From a bacterium (GTDB taxonomy: Bacteria > Ratteibacteria > UBA8468 > B48-G9 > DTJG01), in contig JAJYYV010000005.1 in assembly GCA_021800535.1 (NCBI GenBank), positions 3,607-67,606 of the forward strand: DNA of 64,000 nucleotides, written 5' to 3'. Shown here piece after piece: positions 59,502 to 64,000 of this stretch. Made by a program: the position numbers and the translations under genes. The stretch's first letter is position 1. Each line of letters opens with the position of its first letter. Under the pieces are notes generated by a model. It ran no database searches. It worked only from the letters and a program-made list of their open reading frames with translations, and was not told the origin of the DNA.

Positions 59502-62500
59502 TTATCCGTTTATAAAAAACTTGTAGGAATCCTTCCATTTAAATGTCTCACCTGGTTTGATTTTAATATTAACAAAAAATTCAGGACATACCACCTTTGG
59601 AGTGGCAAAAAAACAACACCATATAAAAGGATGATTACCTTTAATTTTTACGCCTGCACCAGTTTTTATATTTTTTATAATCACCTGATTGTCTGTAGAT
59701 TTGTTTGTATTAAATCCTTTTATTACAGTAAATACTGCATTTGTTTTTAAAGATTTTGAAAATAAAATCTTTTTCCCATTGACAAACATATAGTCAGATG
59801 GAGAAACTATTTGTGGGTTAAAAGGAAATGTCAATTCATAATCTGTCCCCACCGGCTGATTGTCTATAGAAGTAAAATTATGAGCATAGTGTGTCTGATA
59901 AATTTCTTTTTTCCCGATATTTTTAAGGGTATACTGGTCTATAAATTCAGACTTGTTTTTAATAAGATAAATTTTATGTGTATAGATATATCCATATCCT
60001 TTAAAGTTTTTAACTTCCTGCGTAAAACTAATCCAGTCTTTTCCATGTTTAATCACCCAGGGAATAGGCTCTATAATTTTATAGTTGCGACCAAAAAAAT
60101 AGTTTGCTTTTTTAGTTTTTGGGTCAATGTCTAATTTTGATTTTTTTAATATACCAACTCCTATTTTTAAAAATTCCCCGCCTATTTTTGCTTCATTATA
60201 CCCGGGAGGTGCAGGCATATTAAAAGTTCCCATTCCAAATTCTCCTGCAGGACCTACCACCTGGTCATTTGCTTCAGGACTTCGTGTTTCTGTCCCGGGC
60301 CACCATGGCCCGAAAAATCTGTGGTTTTTATATATAACCTTTCTTATTAATCCTGACCAGTCAAACCTGGAACCTCTGTAGTATCCATTTTTTGCATCTG
60401 GAATATATAATTTGCACTTTATAATTCCATTTGATAATTCCACTGAAGGACAGTTTTTCATTTTTATTTTGCCCATAAATTTTAAATCCCCCGGGTTTGA
60501 AATAGAACACCAAAAACCATATCCTGCTGAGCCTGAATATACTTTAATTAAAAGGACATTTATTCCTTTTTTCAATCTTATGTTTATTTTTTCTTCACCC
60601 TTTTGCGGGGGCGTCGGTAATCTGATTTCAGGTTTCTTAATAACTTTATTATTTAACCATATTTTTGACCAATAGTCAGCACCAAAACTTAATTGTGCAT
60701 CTCTGTTTTCAGGACTTTTAATATATGTTATAGCATAACTTATTGAATTCCCTAAGATTCCAAAAGTTTTATAAAAATCAATAAAATTTTTGGCAGTTGG
60801 GTCTGATAAATCCCTGCCTGTTTGCGGTTTAATCCAATCATCTGTTTTCCCATTCATAACATAATATGTTTCTTTTAAATTAATCTGTTTTTCCGGTTGT
60901 AGAACCTGATTTAAACTACTAACAACATCCTGTAAATTATCAGGATTTTTAAGGGGTTTAAATGGCCCCAAGACATAAAATTTATCCGGGTTTATGTCCT
61001 TATAGATGGGTTCTATATCAAGAAAAAAAAGTCCTGCATTTTTTTGTTTTTTAAACATTATATCTGTGATTCCTTTTTTTAGTAATACTGATTCAATTGT
61101 TTTCTCCCCCCATTTTTCGTTTTTCCATGCAGGTATTTTTGTTTCAATTCTCTTGTTATTAACATAAATGAAAGGTGCAGAATAAGTTTTTGTTTCTAAA
61201 TAACTATACTTTATCTGATAAAAATCTGAAAAAGGTATATTTATTCTTAAATGGATTTTTTTTCCTGCCCATAAAAACACATTTCTGCCTGCCAATAAAG
61301 AAGATATGTTTTCCCCATTCTCAATTTTTATTTTTTTTTTATCCTTTAGACTTACAAGATTCTTTATTTTGTCTGGTGTCAGGACAGATTGCGTTATTGG
61401 CGGAAATTTTTTATAAAAAAGAGATGGCGGATATGCGTTTATTGCTTTATAAAGTTTTACCATGTCTTTACTCATTAATATATTTCTTGTTTCCCATAAA
61501 TGCCCTTCAGCAAATTCTTTTTTTGCTTCTTTCAGTTTTTTCTGGTCTTTTATAATTTCAACAGGTGAAAGTTGTAAAACCTCAGGTATGTTATCAGCCC
61601 CGTTTTTCAGCATGGTAAAAATCTTTTCAACAAAGGTAATCTGGTTTTTAGTCAGGATTAATATCTGTTTAGGAACTTCTGTTTTAATTGATATTGGCTG
61701 TTGACTGCTTTCATAACTTATCATCTGATAACCCGGTAATTTAGTTGTAAATGTTGTTCCATTTATATCAATGTTTTTATCTGTTGATAATCTTTTCAAT
61801 AGCAAAGGTTTTTGCGCAAACGAAACAGAAACATTTACATCTGTATATAGTCTGTTGACAATGTAAAAATAAGTTTTTGTTCCTGTTTTACCATACCATA
61901 ATGCTATAGGGTCTCCTGAACCAGAAAGCAGGTTCATACCAATATCAGGTAATGAATGATATTCTGACATAAATTGTCTTAGATATTCCGGCTGACCCAA
62001 TGAATAACCATGACTTCCATCATTTATAACCACCATATTCCCATCTGCCATTGCATTTGCAAATCTTTCAAGATAGTTGCGGCCGGATGGATTAATAACC
62101 CCTGCAGGATAAATAAGATTAGAGCCATCATCTAAATTTGATTTATATCCCAATTTTTTTGTTTCTATTAATGGACCTTCTGCAGATTCAGCATCAAAAT
62201 GAACAAATCCAATTGTCCCGGAATCTTTTGGTTTTGAAGTGTCAATTATAGGTAAAGGATTAAAGTATTCATCTCTATATTTTGCACTTGATAGAGCATT
62301 ATTAGCTAATATTCTTCCCGCAGGATATGTTTTATTACACAGAATTCTAATAGATGAATTTTTATAATACAATTTTGGATTAATTCCACATTCACGGGCA
62401 TTATCAATCCAATTTCCTACATTTGGATAAAATAGAATATAAAGTTTGAGGTCTGGTCTTGCGTTGGTCAGAATCCTTGCAAGTTTAGTATAATATTGAT

Positions 62501-63998
62501 ACATTTTTTCACATCTCCAGTTAATCCATTTTTTATATGCATGTTTCATCAGCCAGTCATATCTTTTCTGAAATCTTTGCGGGTCAGTATTGGAAACCGG
62601 TATTTTAATTCCTGTTTCTTTTTCAAACAGATTGATTGTGTAATCATCATATCCCCAGTTAATATCAGGCCAGCCCTGCCAGCCACCAAATACCCAGCCA
62701 GGCATATATCTTATAGATAATCCGGCAAAAGATGGAATGTTTTTATATCTATTTGCAAGTTCTCTTATAACACTTTCTGCCCACTTTTGGACTCCTGGAT
62801 AAACAGGATTAAAATAAGGGGAGGATGTAATGGAGAGACCTGGAGCTACTTCTCCTTGATTTGAAACAACCAGCCATGGTTTTTGATATCCATTATTTTT
62901 AAGATGTCCTGTCCCTCCAAATTTCTTATCTAAATATTTTGCTAAAATCCAATTTGGCGGAATATATAATTCCCCTATAAACTTAATATTATATTTTTCT
63001 GATTCTAAAAGCATAAGTCTCATAAAGTCCTGTTTGAAAGGCTGATTTAAAGTAAAAGGACCTGTTGGTAAAATTCCTATTTGATACCCGGGAATTGTTT
63101 TTCCCGGCCAGAGCATACACTGATAAACTGCTATTGTTGGCCACCAGAGATTAATACCAGAATATGCAGATAACCTGCATTTTCTTTCTATTGGTTTTAA
63201 TAAATTGAGCCAGCCATTGCCAGTAGGCATTGCTCCATACCAGTTTACAACTCTAAAGGGTTCTTCCTGGTAGGTGCCATAAAGTCTATTGGAATTCTTT
63301 GTATCTAAAATAGGAAATTTGCTGGTTATACGGTATACATATATTTTACTGACGGCTGCTGTTTGTCCTGTTATCCAATTATAAAATGCAATCCGTGGGT
63401 CTTTCTGCGTTGGATAAAAATAAAAGTCCATGGTATCCATTTTATTTGACAGAGGATATATTCCACCTGTAGCATAACCTAATGAAGGCATATCAGCACC
63501 ATATTTCTCAGAAATAGGAATTTCACAGGTTCTTTCTTCATCATCAGGATATTTGATTTTAAGAAGATATGGCTGCTGAATGCCTGGTAAGTGTAATTTA
63601 TAGCCAAACCAATCAGCATTTTGTGGACCTTTTTCTCTCCCAATATCACCGGATTGTCTGTAACTGCCAAAAGGAGTTGTGATGACTTTTGTGGCTCCAT
63701 TGGAATAGTCAGGTTCCTGTTTGCTGGCATCTATAATATAAATAAGTTTTTTTGTTAATTGTTGAGGAGATTGGTTTTTTCTTTGTGTATCAATAACAAC
63801 ATATTGATATTCCCTGTCACAGGGTTTTCCCTGGACAGTGGTTATTTCTATATCAAAAACCCCTTGTTTTGAGGTTGGCAGATTGAAATGTGTCTGATAA
63901 TTGCCGGTTTCTGTATCTGCAGGAAAATATAATTGTTCTTTTATCTTTGTTTTGCTTTGAACATTTGTAATTGTCAGAATCAGGGTTTCCGGATGAGT
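59502..63998 (-). CDS. Very large multidomain putative glycoside hydrolase (GHL10-like barrel, beta-sandwiches, C-terminal galactose-mutarotase-like domain); 5'-truncated by window edge
   Basis: Manual translation shows the frame open from 63998 (THPETLIL...) into the tracked ORF; FNPVYP.VQ, GYDDYT...FEKETG, W..WR; C-terminal YYRGSRFDWSG domain. Confidence 0.7.
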   Translation of the reverse strand, partial: THPETLILTITNVQSKTKIKEQLYFPADTETGNYQTHFNLPTSKQGVFDIEITTVQGKPCDREYQYVVIDTQRKNQSPQQLTKKLIYIIDASKQEPDYSNGATKVITTPFGSYRQSGDIGREKGPQNADWFGYKLHLPGIQQPYLLKIKYPDDEERTCEIPISEKYGADMPSLGYATGGIYPLSNKMDTMDFYFYPTQKDPRIAFYNWITGQTAAVSKIYVYRITSKFPILDTKNSNRLYGTYQEEPFRVVNWYGAMPTGNGWLNLLKPIERKCRLSAYSGINLWWPTIAVYQCMLWPGKTIPGYQIGILPTGPFTLNQPFKQDFMRLMLLESEKYNIKFIGELYIPPNWILAKYLDKKFGGTGHLKNNGYQKPWLVVSNQGEVAPGLSITSSPYFNPVYPGVQKWAESVIRELANRYKNIPSFAGLSIRYMPGWVFGGWQGWPDINWGYDDYTINLFEKETGIKIPVSNTDPQRFQKRYDWLMKHAYKKWINWRCEKMYQYYTKLARILTNARPDLKLYILFYPNVGNWIDNARECGINPKLYYKNSSIRILCNKTYPAGRILANNALSSAKYRDEYFNPLPIIDTSKPKDSGTIGFVHFDAESAEGPLIETKKLGYKSNLDDGSNLIYPAGVINPSGRNYLERFANAMADGNMVVINDGSHGYSLGQPEYLRQFMSEYHSLPDIGMNLLSGSGDPIALWYGKTGTKTYFYIVNRLYTDVNVSVSFAQKPLLLKRLSTDKNIDINGTTFTTKLPGYQMISYESSQQPISIKTEVPKQILILTKNQITFVEKIFTMLKNGADNIPEVLQLSPVEIIKDQKKLKEAKKEFAEGHLWETRNILMSKDMVKLYKAINAYPPSLFYKKFPPITQSVLTPDKIKNLVSLKDKKKIKIENGENISSLLAGRNVFLWAGKKIHLRINIPFSDFYQIKYSYLETKTYSAPFIYVNNKRIETKIPAWKNEKWGEKTIESVLLKKGITDIMFKKQKNAGLFFLDIEPIYKDINPDKFYVLGPFKPLKNPDNLQDVVSSLNQVLQPEKQINLKETYYVMNGKTDDWIKPQTGRDLSDPTAKNFIDFYKTFGILGNSISYAITYIKSPENRDAQLSFGADYWSKIWLNNKVIKKPEIRLPTPPQKGEEKINIRLKKGINVLLIKVYSGSAGYGFWCSISNPGDLKFMGKIKMKNCPSVELSNGIIKCKLYIPDAKNGYYRGSRFDWSGLIRKVIYKNHRFFGPWWPGTETRSPEANDQVVGPAGEFGMGTFNMPAPPGYNEAKIGGEFLKIGVGILKKSKLDIDPKTKKANYFFGRNYKIIEPIPWVIKHGKDWISFTQEVKNFKGYGYIYTHKIYLIKNKSEFIDQYTLKNIGKKEIYQTHYAHNFTSIDNQPVGTDYELTFPFNPQIVSPSDYMFVNGKKILFSKSLKTNAVFTVIKGFNTNKSTDNQVIIKNIKTGAGVKIKGNHPFIWCCFFATPKVVCPEFFVNIKIKPGETFKWKDSYKFFING

Positions 63999-64000
63999 TG

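Noticed and set aside
65-62720. Numerous short antisense or off-frame ORFs nested in well-supported genes
   Set aside because: No recognisable motifs; typical shadow ORFs of real coding sequences
63479-63730. Possible frameshifted N-terminus of the large GH gene
   Set aside because: Manual translation shows the main frame is open to the window edge; this ORF is an off-frame shadow

Overview
Very AT-rich bacterial chromosome segment. The gene content (DUF1559/H-X9-DG-type pilin-like protein, URO-D-like protein, many secreted GH-A/GH29-like enzymes, pyruvoyl arginine decarboxylase, rubredoxin and 2-oxoacid:ferredoxin oxidoreductase) suggests an anaerobe related to the PVC group, e.g. Omnitrophota/Ratteibacteria-like; this is inference only. 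Most of the window is housekeeping: yidC, rnc, lnt, an iron/oxidative-stress cluster, panDC, folK, purB, dnaG-rpoD, serA, rny, pyrF, alr, speB/pdaD, glnA-gltBD, murI, queD, purSLQ, argBDF, smpB-ssrA and korAB-like genes. There is a small decayed islet next to tRNA-Val(CAC) and, at the right end, a secreted-CAZyme locus built around a pilin-like gene. The most unusual region is smpB-ssrA. The smpB stop codon lies inside the tmRNA 5' end, so tmRNA maturation would create a non-stop smpB mRNA (possible autoregulation). The one-piece tmRNA has the GGCAGUA T-loop regarded as an alphaproteobacterial two-piece signature. Its 3' end is followed by about 150-bp diverged tandem repeats that each re-copy the tmRNA T-arm/acceptor end. 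Other notable signals are an ANTAR-type double-hexaloop RNA motif in the glnA leader, a 16-bp perfect hairpin before gltB, an unannotated rubredoxin and several REP/MITE-like palindromes. All calls come from reading the sequence; no database searches were run.
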